Positions 10,541 through 20,455 of a stretch of 64,000 bases of DNA are shown piece after piece. The stretch spans positions 2,272,001-2,336,000 of the forward strand of contig CAWCKY010000006.1 in assembly GCA_963796275.1 (NCBI GenBank). Reading direction: 5' to 3'. The notes beneath the pieces are model-generated. The model worked only from the letters and a program-made list of their open reading frames with translations. It had not been told where the DNA came from and did no database searches. Source of the DNA: an uncultured Acidobacteriota bacterium. Its GTDB lineage: Bacteria > Acidobacteriota > Blastocatellia > RBC074. A program made the translations under genes and the position numbers. Position 1 is the stretch's first letter, and each line of letters starts with the position of its first letter.

Positions 10541-11977
10541 TCATTTCTCCAGGCTGGACGCCGCCTGGAAGCGCGGCGCGATCTCTTCGAGCATCTTTTT
10601 CAACTCAGCCTCCGGCATCCACCGCCCACGCGTCATCACTCCCGCCCTCTTCTCAGTATTCGAAATGTCTTCGAGCGGATTGGCTTCGAGCAAAATAAGG
10701 TCCGCGCGCTTGCCGCGTCCGATTACGCCGGCCTCGCCGAGCGCGTTCAGGAATTCCGCCGGAGTGCGCGTTGCGGCCTCCAGCGCGGCATAGGGCGTCA
10801 ATCCCGCCTCGACCAGGTTCTTCAACTCGCGGTGGAGAGTGAAACCGTAAAGCAGGAACAATTCGGGCGTGTCCGAACCCGCCATGATCTTTCCGCCCGC
10901 GTCGTGAATGCCCTTGACGATTTGATTGCGAATGCGGATGTATTTTTCCCGCCGCTCAAGCGCCGGTGGCGTCGCCCAGAACCGTTGGCGAGCGGCGTGC
11001 CGGGACTTGCGCAATTCGGGCGGGAAGAAGCTGTAATCGGGGCGGGCGCGGATCTCTTCGTCGCTCTGCTCGACAGCGTATGAGAGCTTGAAGAACGTCA
11101 GCGTGGGGCAAGTATAGACGCCAGCCTTCGCGGTCGCGAACGATACTTCGTTGATCTTGCGTTCGTCAACATAATCCAGGCTCTCCCAGTTGGCTTTACG
11201 CCCGACGCCAGAGTCCGAGAGCGAGATCTTTATTGGCGAGTCGTCCTTCAGCACAGCCTCCATATATGAGTCGAGGTGCTCGATCTGCTGACCTGTTTCG
11301 AGCGCGCGCTGAAGGCCGACTCGCAAATCGACGTGCCCGACGACACGGATGCCGATCTCTCTGGCCGTCTCGATCACCGCGTCGTAGACCGGGCGCGAGA
11401 TGGCTATGGTGAGCTTGATGAAATCGTATCCGGCGGCCTTGGCCTGCTTGACCGCCGCGCGCGCTTCTTCGGGCGTCGTTACTACGTAGCCGTTGAACGG
11501 GTCTCCATACGAGCGGCCCGCCAGTTCCGGGCTGGCAACGTACATGGTCGGGCCCAACAGTTCGCCATTCGCCACCTGTGCGCGCATCTTCAAGTGTTCG
11601 GGCGTGCCGATCATCAGGCGGATAGTCGTAACTCCGTTGGCAAGCATGATCTTTAGCTCGTCGCCGGCCAGGCTGTCAGGGAATTTGCCGTCCGAGAACA
11701 GGTGCGTGTGCATGTCGAACAAACCAGGTATCAGAAATTTACCGCGCCCTTCCACGCGCACAGCCCCGGCAGGGATGTTGACCCTGTTCGCCGCGCCGAT
11801 CTCGGCGATTCGCCCATCGCGCACGACCACGGTCTGATCTTTCAACACGCGCTCCCGATCCATCGGTATCACGTTGACGTTGACGAAGGCCGTCATTTGC
11901 TTCCTGGCATCCTGAGCGATCGCAGATGCGATCAAGATCACTACGAGCAAGGTCGCTATTCCATATTTGCTATTCAT
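10541..11977 (-). CDS. Exported amidohydrolase-family protein
   Basis: Signal peptide; PGLFDMHTH, GVTTIR, AGSDT and GKRADLILLEANPLEDI motifs. Confidence 0.9.
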   Translation of the reverse strand: MNSKYGIATLLVVILIASAIAQDARKQMTAFVNVNVIPMDRERVLKDQTVVVRDGRIAEIGAANRVNIPAGAVRVEGRGKFLIPGLFDMHTHLFSDGKFPDSLAGDELKIMLANGVTTIRLMIGTPEHLKMRAQVANGELLGPTMYVASPELAGRSYGDPFNGYVVTTPEEARAAVKQAKAAGYDFIKLTIAISRPVYDAVIETAREIGIRVVGHVDLRVGLQRALETGQQIEHLDSYMEAVLKDDSPIKISLSDSGVGRKANWESLDYVDERKINEVSFATAKAGVYTCPTLTFFKLSYAVEQSDEEIRARPDYSFFPPELRKSRHAARQRFWATPPALERREKYIRIRNQIVKGIHDAGGKIMAGSDTPELFLLYGFTLHRELKNLVEAGLTPYAALEAATRTPAEFLNALGEAGVIGRGKRADLILLEANPLEDISNTEKRAGVMTRGRWMPEAELKKMLEEIAPRFQAASSLEK

Positions 11978-12137
11978 CTCTGTATCCTTCTACTTTCCAT
12001 AAAGCAGGAACAACAGGGCAGTCGCGAACCGTGAAGCTCGCTTTCATGTATCCTATTTAATTTTAGGAGTGTAAATTAAACGGCATTGGAATCAATGTTA
12101 TCGGCCTTGAGCACCAGAGGTGCGTGATGTGTGTATC

Positions 12138-13517
12138 TCATTTCTCACCCCGCTGGGTAATGCAGTACAGATTCGACGCCGTACGAATAAAAATGGCTCC
12201 GCCCGCGATGGCGGGTGAAGCGTAGATTGGTTCATCGAGAGAATTGGTTCCCAACACCTCGTGCTGCGGCCCGGCTTTCAGCACGAAGGTGTCGCCGTCT
12301 TCGCTCATCAACAGAATCTTGTCTTCAAATGCGACAGGCGAGGCGGAGAAGGTCGCGGGCTTCGGAACCCGCGCTCCTTCGTATTTGACCTCGCCCGTCT
12401 TCACATCCAGACACGTCAAGAGGCCCCTGTCGGTTAGCAGATAGACGTAATCGCCGTAGAGGATTGACGACGGCGTGTAGCCCGTGCCCTTGTCGCGCTG
12501 CCAGACGATGTTGGGCGTGCCGGTCAAATCGCCACTGCCGCCCAGCCGGATCGCCAGCGCGCGTTTGACCGGATGCGTGGCGGAGACGACCACGATGCCG
12601 TGCCCCACTAGCGGTGTCGGCACTGTCCAGCTCTGCGTCCCCTGGCAGCGCCACAGCTCCTTGCCAGTTGCCGGATCGTAGGAGACGATGAATTGATTGC
12701 CGCTCGCCACCAACTCCGTCCGCGCCGGAGTACGCGCAATCACTGGCGTCGTCCAGCTCACTTCCACCTGGCGCGGCGTGCGCCAGAGTTCTTTCCCGCT
12801 GCGTTTGTCGAGCGCGACGATGAACGACCGCTCGCCGTTATCTTCATCGCATTGCAGAATCACGCGGTCTTCATACAGCGTCGGCGAAGTTCCATTGCCC
12901 ATGCCCTGGGTGGCGATATGGCCGAGCGACTTTTTCCAGATCAGATTGCCGTTGAAGTCGTAGCAGTACAGCCCTTCGGAGCCGAACCAGGCATAGACGA
13001 AGCGTCCATCAGTCGCCGGCGTGCCGTCGGCGTAAGTCGCTTTGCGGTGACGGTCGTCGTAGACGCGGCCTTCATACGCCGTCCGCCGCCACAACATCTT
13101 GCCGCTGCGGCGATCCAGACAGAGGACTTGCAGCGTGTTTTGGCGATTGGCCCCGACGCTGTCCGGATGGACGTAATCTTCGCCGCCCAGCTTGTGTTTG
13201 ACGGCTTTCGCTCCGGGAATAATTTCGCCTTCGAGCGAAGTCGTCAGGAAAATCCGGTCTCCCCAGACAATGGGCGAAGAATGGCTGCGCCCGGGAATCG
13301 CCGTCTTCCATTTAACGTTCTGCGTGGAGCTCCATACCGTCGGCAATCCCGTTTCAGTTGAAATGCCCTGACTGTCGGGGCCGCGCCATTGCGCCCAGTT
13401 CGCGGCGCTTTTCGCGGGCTTGGCTTTCAAAGGCCTGGTCATTGAAGGCGAGCGCAATTCCGCCGCGCCCAAGCTACCTGCCAGCAATACAGCAACGATG
13501 ATCGACGTTCTGCACAT
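12138..13517 (-). CDS. Exported PQQ-like / BamB-type beta-propeller protein
   Basis: NWAQWRGP...NVKWKTAIPG.SHSSPIVWGD and repeated G..LW motifs; start re-called at MCRTSII with an AGGAG RBS. Confidence 0.88.
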   Translation of the reverse strand: MCRTSIIVAVLLAGSLGAAELRSPSMTRPLKAKPAKSAANWAQWRGPDSQGISTETGLPTVWSSTQNVKWKTAIPGRSHSSPIVWGDRIFLTTSLEGEIIPGAKAVKHKLGGEDYVHPDSVGANRQNTLQVLCLDRRSGKMLWRRTAYEGRVYDDRHRKATYADGTPATDGRFVYAWFGSEGLYCYDFNGNLIWKKSLGHIATQGMGNGTSPTLYEDRVILQCDEDNGERSFIVALDKRSGKELWRTPRQVEVSWTTPVIARTPARTELVASGNQFIVSYDPATGKELWRCQGTQSWTVPTPLVGHGIVVVSATHPVKRALAIRLGGSGDLTGTPNIVWQRDKGTGYTPSSILYGDYVYLLTDRGLLTCLDVKTGEVKYEGARVPKPATFSASPVAFEDKILLMSEDGDTFVLKAGPQHEVLGTNSLDEPIYASPAIAGGAIFIRTASNLYCITQRGEK

Positions 13518-13841
13518 GGCTTCTCCTAATCTATTCTGTAAAACGTTCCGTAACACGGTTGTCCACGCTGTCCCGTTCGCCAAGCTTTTGGATCGAGATC
13601 TCTCGATGTCGGGCGCGACGCCGATAAGCCGGTGACCGTTTTTCGCGCCGAAAAACAGAAAATTGGACAGGATTTCCAATTTTGTTTTGGCACTCCCACG
13701 GAAGGCGCACTGCACCCTCCTCATTCACCATATGCTATAGTTGGCTTGAAAATGTCTTCAGGATAAGTTGATTTCAGGCTCTTTTTTTTCTCACAGAGTT
13801 CTCACAACGGCTATCTTCACTGGTTTCACAATGAAAAGCGT

Positions 13842-13865
13842 CTGGGTACGCACGTGCGTACCCAG
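13842..13865. repeat. Perfect 24-bp palindrome, REP-like
   Basis: CTGGGTACGCAC|GTGCGTACCCAG downstream of ynfA. Confidence 0.7.
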
Positions 13866-13927
13866 GTAAGTTGAAAAGAGATGTGATCAGTTGGTGTAGC
13901 CTGGCGCGAGGATGATGGATCAAACTT

Positions 13928-14260
13928 CTATTTCCATCGATTGCCGAGGACAATGATGCTCATTCCGATAAGGCTCACCGTGGCGCCGATGATATCCCAG
14001 CGATTAACCTGCTGACCTTCGACCAGCCACAGCCAGGCGAGAGCGACGGTGATATAGACGCCGCCATAAGCGGCATAAGTCCGAGCCGCTGCACCTGGGT
14101 GCAGGCTCAATAGCCACGCGAAGACGGCTAAACTGCTTGCCGCAGGGATGAGCAGCCAGGCTGACTTGTTTTCTTGCAGCCAAAGGTAGGCAAGAAAGCA
14201 CCCCAAAATTTCCGCAAAGGCTGTCAGAATGAATAAAAATGCGGCCCGCAATAAGATCAT
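13928..14260 (-). CDS. ynfA: YnfA/UPF0060 small membrane protein (SMR-like)
   Basis: AEILGC..AYLWL...[13 protein letters not shown]...WLWLVEG...WDIIGA; 110 aa. Confidence 0.9.
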   Translation of the reverse strand: MILLRAAFLFILTAFAEILGCFLAYLWLQENKSAWLLIPAASSLAVFAWLLSLHPGAAARTYAAYGGVYITVALAWLWLVEGQQVNRWDIIGATVSLIGMSIIVLGNRWK

Positions 14261-14284
14261 TTTGAAAGTATAACCGAATTATCA

Positions 14285-14758
14285 TCATTCAATACCGAAT
14301 TCAATTTTCAGGAAAGGTTTGACTCCTTCGCGTCCGGTCAGGTTGAGCCACAACGGTCCGTTCTCTCGACCCGCTTCAAAGCCGAAGGCGAGGAAAGGGC
14401 AGCAGCGGCGTTCCAGCGTGATCCATTCGGCGGTACCTTGAATCATCGCTTCATCAGAAGGTAAGCGGAACGAATATCCGTCAGGCAGTTCGCGCATCTC
14501 CTGCACTGCGGCGCGCAACTTCGCAGTTAGTGCCTGATGCCGCCGCCGCTGCTCCCTGTCGAGCGCATTCAGGTTGCATGCGATCGGCGATTCGCCGGCT
14601 ACGTTATCACTCATCTTCTTCTCCTGTTCTGTCGCTTGAGTAGTTACCGAAATCGCTCTGTCGCAAGCGTCGCATTTAACCACTGAGGGGGGGCCACCGA
14701 GACCGAACCAGACCGATACGGCCGCTAGTATACTGAGAAGTTTTCTTGGGCTGACCAT
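14285..14758 (-). CDS. Cys-motif protein of the type found next to MerR regulators
   Basis: PIACNL...ELPDGYSFR...LERRCCPFLAF; GGAGG RBS at ATG 14758, with a second possible start at MSDNVAG. Confidence 0.75.
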   Translation of the reverse strand: MVSPRKLLSILAAVSVWFGLGGPPSVVKCDACDRAISVTTQATEQEKKMSDNVAGESPIACNLNALDREQRRRHQALTAKLRAAVQEMRELPDGYSFRLPSDEAMIQGTAEWITLERRCCPFLAFGFEAGRENGPLWLNLTGREGVKPFLKIEFGIE

Positions 14759-14813
14759 ACTATCCTCCAATAGTTGTTGGCCTGGCTGCTTGTTGATGGT
14801 GCAGCCTTCCCAT

Positions 14814-15218
14814 TTAAGAGCGCGCGACGCTGTCGGCGATCGCCTTCAAATCGGGGCAGAGCGAATGCCCATCACTGCATTCGCAACTGTCCAGACTCGC
14901 GTCTAATTCGTCGCGCATCATTTGCAGATCGCGAATCTGTTCATCGAGGTGTCGAATCTTGGCTTCGAAGCCGGCACGTACCTCGGCGGCGGTCAATGAC
15001 CGCGTCGCGAGCCGCTGCAGAAGCCGTTCGATTTCCTGGAGTTTGAAACCCCGCTTCTGAGTCCCTTTTATGAAACGGACGACCTTCACGACTTCCGCGG
15101 GATAATCGCGGTATCCTGACGAGAGGCGGCGCGGCTTTTTGAGCAAGCCACGGCGTTCGTAGAAACGAATTGTTTGAACATTGACTCCTGCCTGTGCGGC
15201 GACCTCACCGATACGCAT
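14814..15218 (-). CDS. MerR-family heavy-metal-responsive regulator
   Basis: MRIGEVA..AGVNVQTIRFYERRGLL...GYRDY HTH; C-terminal CECSDGHSLCP metal loop. Confidence 0.92.
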   Translation of the reverse strand: MRIGEVAAQAGVNVQTIRFYERRGLLKKPRRLSSGYRDYPAEVVKVVRFIKGTQKRGFKLQEIERLLQRLATRSLTAAEVRAGFEAKIRHLDEQIRDLQMMRDELDASLDSCECSDGHSLCPDLKAIADSVARS

Positions 15219-15243
15219 CTGCACTCCCTCCGCCAGCGTTAAT

Positions 15244-15275
15244 AGTATGCGCCTTATACCAAAGTATAAGGTCAA
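15244..15275 (-). promoter_or_regulatory. MerR-type long-spacer promoter with dyad operator
   Basis: TTGACC-20 nt-CATACT with the perfect dyad CCTTATAC-N4-GTATAAGG (15252-15271) spanning the spacer. Confidence 0.8.
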
Positions 15276-15527
15276 GATGAGATTAGCTATGATGCATTAT
15301 CCTTGAATGGAAATCTGTAGCATTGCAAGATGATATGCTGATCTGACTCTCAATTTCCGGTCGGGAGCTCGGACGCTCGGCTCGTGACATAATGCCTTCC
15401 GACGTTTGGGTGAACGGCGGAGAGAAATAGAATGCGCGATAAGGATGTGTTCGCTCAACAGTCGTTCCTGCCCATCGCGCGAGAACTCCGCTCCAGCATG
15501 TTCATCTCGCTGGCCATCATGTAAGGT

Positions 15528-16229
15528 TTGGGAATGATAGAACAGGACATTAATTCGAGTGACTGCTCACTTCGCGAATCGCGAGTCCACGCTGTCCTGG
15601 AGCGCCTTCATCGTGAAGCGGGAATGCAAAACCTGGCCCTCGCACGTCTGCTAGCGTCGTTCGTTGCTGACAAGCTCGCACGCCGGGAACTCACTATGTC
15701 AGAGGAGGTTTCACGCCTTAAGAACCTCTACGTGCCGGTCTCGCCGAAACAAGGGCAATTCATCTACTCGGTCGCACGTTCGATCCGAGCGAAGCGGATC
15801 GTTGAGTTCGGCACGTCATTCGGCGTCTCCACTACGTACCTGGCGGCGGCGGTGCGTGATAACGGTGGCGGCATCGTCATAGGTTCGGAACTCGAGCCCA
15901 ATAAAGTCGTGATAGCCCGGCGAAACATCGGCGATGCCGGGCTCAGCGACTTCGTCGATATTCGTGAGGGTGATGCGCAAAAAACGCTGCAAAATCCCGG
16001 CGGATCAGTCGACATGATCCTTCTCGACGGCTTTAAGGAGCTCTATCTCCCGATGCTCCGGATGCTCACCCCGCATTTGCGGCCCGGAGCAATCGTCGTT
16101 GCGGACAACATCTTCACGTTCCGAATCGCTCTCGCGCCTTATGTATCATATATGCAGGATCCTGCGAACGGATTTCTCTCGATGACGCTCTTTCTCGGTG
16201 ACGGCACGGAGTACTCACTGCGGTTGTAG
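15528..16229 (+). CDS. O-methyltransferase (class I SAM)
   Basis: IVEFGTSFGVST, GSELEP.K, DMILLDG.KELY and VVADN motifs; exact start uncertain. Confidence 0.88.
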   Translation: MGMIEQDINSSDCSLRESRVHAVLERLHREAGMQNLALARLLASFVADKLARRELTMSEEVSRLKNLYVPVSPKQGQFIYSVARSIRAKRIVEFGTSFGVSTTYLAAAVRDNGGGIVIGSELEPNKVVIARRNIGDAGLSDFVDIREGDAQKTLQNPGGSVDMILLDGFKELYLPMLRMLTPHLRPGAIVVADNIFTFRIALAPYVSYMQDPANGFLSMTLFLGDGTEYSLRL

Positions 16230-16384
16230 GTTACTCTCATCCTTGGTGGTTTTATTACGCGGACTGTGCGATTTATGGCGCGAACCGAAATTGCCAAAAG
16301 ATGCGCGAGAGGAAGAGTTCCCATTCTGCTCGCGCCACAGCCTCGTTCAAGCACCTGCTAGCGAAATTATCGTTTTGTTGGTGT

Positions 16385-17641
16385 TTACTGCGTCGCTACT
16401 CGTTTCCGTTTGAGTTCGGGACGTTGGGTTCCGCCTGCGTCGTCAATCACTTCCTTACCGCTCGCCGCTCGGTACCCTTTGCGAGCGCGAACGATCATCC
16501 CGTTCTTGGCAACACGAACTCTTAACTCGCGGTATGTGCCGTCCTTCTTCGCGTTGGTCGAGTAATAGCCGATCGCATACTGGTGGCGCAGCTCCTCGGC
16601 AATCATCGTAAAGGCCTGCGTGACGTTATAAAGGGTGTCGGCGTTATAGAGTCGACCGCCGCTGCGTTCGGCCAGTTCCTGCAGGTAACGGGCAGCGAGC
16701 CGGTAGTCGTCGGGGTTCGTTCCAGGCGCACGCCTCGGCGGCCATTGCATGAATTGATTACTGATGAACGGTTTGAGAGGCCAGCGGCGGCGGCGGCCTC
16801 GCGGATCTGGCGAGGGCAGCGGCCACGGCCAGGAATTGGGGAGGTTGATGCCACCCTGCTGAATGTCCGCCTCGGTATCGTATTTGATCGGATAGACCAG
16901 TACGCCCGACTCCTCCACCTTTTCGATGGTGTCCTCGTAAGTTGAATGACGGCTAGAGGTGTCAACGCCGTCAGTGAAAAGCACGATCGCTTTGCGGCCT
17001 TGAATCTTTTCCATCCGGTCAACCACCACATCGACCGCTTCGTAAAGTTTCGTGCCGCCTCCGGTGCGGGTTTCGGAAATAGCATAGCGCAGTTCATCGT
17101 AATCGCTCGTGAAATCGCAGTGGAGGCGCACCTTGGTGTCAAACGACACGACCATTACCTGATCGTCACGCTTCAGCTCTTTGATAAAAGCTATGGCGGC
17201 ATCCTGAATGTCCTCTAACTTGAATACCGTGCTTCGGGAGGTGTCGAGCACGAGTGCGACGTGAAATGGCGTCCTGACGGAATTGAAGATTTCAATATTC
17301 TGTTCCACGCCGTCTTCGTAAACCCGGAAATCGCGTTTGGTGAGGTACGGAACGAATTTGCCATCGCGGTCAATGACGCTGATCGGGATGGTGACGAGCG
17401 TGGTATCCATCTTGATCGTTCCGTTTTCATCAAGCGTTTCAGGCGTTTCGTCGGCTAAGGGGTTGTCGCGCCCCTTCTCCCTGTCCGAATCTTTCGGCGA
17501 CTGCTTTTCGGGTTGCGACGATGGCGGCGGCACTGTCCTGCGACCGGATTGGGCGGAGCTTGAAGAACTCAATGCCAAGACGATTCCCGCAACCAATAGG
17601 ATCACGACAAAGCAACGAGCAATCAGATTGCTGTTCATCAT
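16385..17641 (-). CDS. Secreted VWA-domain protein (acidobacterial VWFA-related type)
   Basis: Signal peptide; LVLDTSRS MIDAS, TKLYEA, RKAIVLFTDGVD and ELRHQYAIGYY motifs. Confidence 0.9.
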   Translation of the reverse strand: MMNSNLIARCFVVILLVAGIVLALSSSSSAQSGRRTVPPPSSQPEKQSPKDSDREKGRDNPLADETPETLDENGTIKMDTTLVTIPISVIDRDGKFVPYLTKRDFRVYEDGVEQNIEIFNSVRTPFHVALVLDTSRSTVFKLEDIQDAAIAFIKELKRDDQVMVVSFDTKVRLHCDFTSDYDELRYAISETRTGGGTKLYEAVDVVVDRMEKIQGRKAIVLFTDGVDTSSRHSTYEDTIEKVEESGVLVYPIKYDTEADIQQGGINLPNSWPWPLPSPDPRGRRRRWPLKPFISNQFMQWPPRRAPGTNPDDYRLAARYLQELAERSGGRLYNADTLYNVTQAFTMIAEELRHQYAIGYYSTNAKKDGTYRELRVRVAKNGMIVRARKGYRAASGKEVIDDAGGTQRPELKRKRVATQ

Positions 17642-18260
17642 ACCTCCTCGATTTTCCTCGCGACCGCATGCGCATTTACGTCGCGAATTTCATCGATCGC
17701 TTTGCGTTCGACGCTCGCGCCAGTACGCATGCGCTCTCAAGGGGTGTGCTCGTTTTTAGATTGCTCTGACGGAAAGGGAGAGACCGCAGGGCCAAAAATG
17801 ATAGGTTTATCTGGTCGTTAACAAATTTGCTTTTTTAGCGGCTCGCATATATTCAATGTTCATCGTTCACCAAGTAGAAAGGCCGCCCAAAAGTATGGGA
17901 TTCCGGCGACATGATAATGGCGGCTGTCATCGCCGGTCAAATCACCCAGCCATTTATGGGGAGATCGACTGAATGACCGGCCGGGATACACAACATGCTC
18001 GAGATGCAACCGTTAGATGAACGCGAACCAGAGTTTCAAGGAGTTGTCTGCAATTGCTACTCTCGGCAATCTATAGGAAATTATTATACGGCGTATTGTG
18101 CTCGAGAACAACTCTGATGTCCCGATGGTGTTCATGACCACGAAGGGATTAATGCAGCAGGTAGAGATGCGATGAAACCTGGAGGGGCGGGAATCCGTTA
18201 AATTTCATAAGCTGATAAGCTGATAAGTTCATGGATTGATGAAGATCGGAACATAAGCCC

Positions 18261-19457
18261 TTGATTCTGCGGAAGACAATCGAATCCCGGACCGATGCTT
18301 CAGGCGGCAGCGGAGCCAGCGGACCGGCTCGCAATGTGGTGAGTTGGGTGGCGATCTTTGGGGTCTGCACCATGTTCTTGCTGCTCAATTCCGCCACCGT
18401 CTGGTACGGCGTGAGAGCCGGATTCTTCCCAAACGCGCAGCCAATGCGATGGGGGACGCTATTACTCGAACAATTGACCGTCTGGTATCCGGTGGCGCTC
18501 CTCGCACCCGCTTGCCTGTGGCTTGCGGCGCGGTTTCGGCTCGAGCGCGAACGGTGGGTGCCCACGCTCGCTGTTCATTTGGGCATAAATCTGGTCTTTC
18601 ACGTCTGCCTCGTGCTCATTTCACTCCCGCTGTCTCAGCTGATCTGGGGCGAGCCGATTTTCACCATACGCTTTCTGCAAAACCTCCACCAGCGTTTGAT
18701 CGGGCGGCTACCGGTAGACGTGATCATTTACTGGATGATTATAGGTTCGGGCTATGCCTTTGAGTATTACCGGCGTTTCCGCGAACAACAATTGCAAGCA
18801 GCTCGCCTGGAAATTCGCGCGACTCAGCTCGAAACTCAGCTGGTGCAGGCCCAATTGCAGGCGCTCAAAATGCAGCTTCACCCTCATTTTCTCTTCAATA
18901 CTCTGCACGCGATTGCGGCTTTGATGGACGATGACGTTAAAGGTGCGCGTCGCATGATGGCGCGGTTGAGCGAACTGTTGCGGCTGACTTTAGAGAGCGC
19001 AGGCCAGCAGGAAGTTGCGCTTCGGCAGGAACTGGACGCCCTGGAGCGTTATCTCGAGATCGAGCAGATTCGCTTCCAGGACCGTCTGACCGTGCGGCTG
19101 GCAGTCGCGCCGGAGACGCTCGACGCGAGCGTTCCCAACCTGGTACTGCAGCCGATTGTTGAGAATGCGATCCGCCATGGCATTGCTCCGCGCTCATCAG
19201 CCGGCCGCGTCGAAATTCGCGCCGAACGCCGGGACGGAATGATCGAATTGCAGGTGATTGATGATGGCCCAGGGTTGCAAAAGGGTGATGGAGAGTTCAA
19301 GGAAGGCATCGGGCTGGCAAACACGCGCGCCCGGCTGCGACAGCTCTATGGCGATAAACATCGGATAGAGATCAAAGACGCTGACGAGGGCGGACTGATA
19401 GTCAAGCTGTCGATCCCATTTCGACAGACGGAGGTGGATGGCGCCGGTTGCGAATAA
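18261..19457 (+). CDS. LytS-type sensor histidine kinase
   Basis: N-terminal TM helices; ALKMQLHPHFLFNTL, LQPIVENAIRHG, DDGPG and GIGLANTRARL motifs. Confidence 0.93.
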   Translation: MILRKTIESRTDASGGSGASGPARNVVSWVAIFGVCTMFLLLNSATVWYGVRAGFFPNAQPMRWGTLLLEQLTVWYPVALLAPACLWLAARFRLERERWVPTLAVHLGINLVFHVCLVLISLPLSQLIWGEPIFTIRFLQNLHQRLIGRLPVDVIIYWMIIGSGYAFEYYRRFREQQLQAARLEIRATQLETQLVQAQLQALKMQLHPHFLFNTLHAIAALMDDDVKGARRMMARLSELLRLTLESAGQQEVALRQELDALERYLEIEQIRFQDRLTVRLAVAPETLDASVPNLVLQPIVENAIRHGIAPRSSAGRVEIRAERRDGMIELQVIDDGPGLQKGDGEFKEGIGLANTRARLRQLYGDKHRIEIKDADEGGLIVKLSIPFRQTEVDGAGCE

Positions 19458-19476
19458 GGCAGGGAGCCAATAAGAA

Positions 19477-20292
19477 ATGATGAAACCCATACGCACCTTG
19501 ATCGTTGATGATGAAGTTCTGGCGCGCCGGCGCATCCGCAACCTGTTAAGGGGCAGAGTCGAGTTTGCGGTCATCGGAGAATGCGCCAACGGACACGAAG
19601 CTTTGAACTCTATCAGGCGACAGGCGCCCGACCTCGTCTTCCTCGACGTCCAGATGCCCGATCTCGACGGTTTCGGGGTGCTCGAAGAGCTGGCCCCCGA
19701 CCGGTTACCGGTCGTCATCTTTGTGACAGCCTACGACCAGTATGCGGTAAGGGCGTTCGAATTCCACGCGCTCGATTATTTGCTCAAACCATTTGACGAT
19801 GAGCGCTTTGAAAAAACGCTGGGGTGGGCGCAGATGCAGCTCGAACAGCAGCAGTTCCGCCAACTCAGTGAACGTCTGTTCGCCCTGCTCGCGGATCATC
19901 AGGGCAGGCCGTCATCCGGAGCAGTGAAGAGTTCAATCGCGCCGGCCGAGTCCAAGCCGATTGCTCGCCTGATCGTCAAGTCCGCCGGGCGCGTGCTTTT
20001 CATCCGGACCGAAGAGATCGACTGGATCGAGGCTGAAGGTTATTACGCGCGATTGCATGTCGGAGGCAAATCGCATTTACTGCGCGAAACGTTGACCAAC
20101 CTCGAATCGCAGCTCGATCAAAATCGTTTCCTGCGAATTCACCGTTCAACCATAGTCAATCTGGAACGTATCCGCGAACTGCAGACGCAGTCTCACGGCG
20201 AGTTAACGGTCGTGCTCAACGACGGCAAACACCTAAAACTGAGCCGCGGTTACCGCGACCGGCTGACGACGATGCTCGGCCAGCAGTTCTGA
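19477..20292 (+). CDS. LytTR-family response regulator
   Basis: Receiver domain (IVDDE, FLDVQMP, FVTAYD, DYLLKPF) plus LytTR domain (FLRIHRSTIVN). Confidence 0.95.
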   Translation: MMKPIRTLIVDDEVLARRRIRNLLRGRVEFAVIGECANGHEALNSIRRQAPDLVFLDVQMPDLDGFGVLEELAPDRLPVVIFVTAYDQYAVRAFEFHALDYLLKPFDDERFEKTLGWAQMQLEQQQFRQLSERLFALLADHQGRPSSGAVKSSIAPAESKPIARLIVKSAGRVLFIRTEEIDWIEAEGYYARLHVGGKSHLLRETLTNLESQLDQNRFLRIHRSTIVNLERIRELQTQSHGELTVVLNDGKHLKLSRGYRDRLTTMLGQQF

Positions 20293-20297
20293 TCCTG

Positions 20298-20353
20298 CAC
20301 TTCATAGACACAAGATACCGGCTCGCTGCAAATTCCCGACACCTCGCTTCAAA
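20298..20353 (+). promoter_or_regulatory. Putative LytTR direct-repeat binding site
   Basis: CTCGCTGCAAA (20322) and CTCGCTTCAAA (20343) are 21 bp apart, with a weaker copy at 20301; upstream of the next gene. Confidence 0.45.
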
Positions 20354-20455
20354 CTCGCATCTTCTCCCATTCTCTAGTCGTAACCAGCGCAGAAGGCCAG
20401 CGCGCCTTCATCACGCACACTCATCTCTAACATGACGCAACACAGGAGGACGTCA

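Noticed and set aside
14282-14287. Tandem TGA TGA after the CCPF protein as possible selenocysteines
   Set aside because: No continuing frame of convincing protein and no redox-motif context; a plain double stop.
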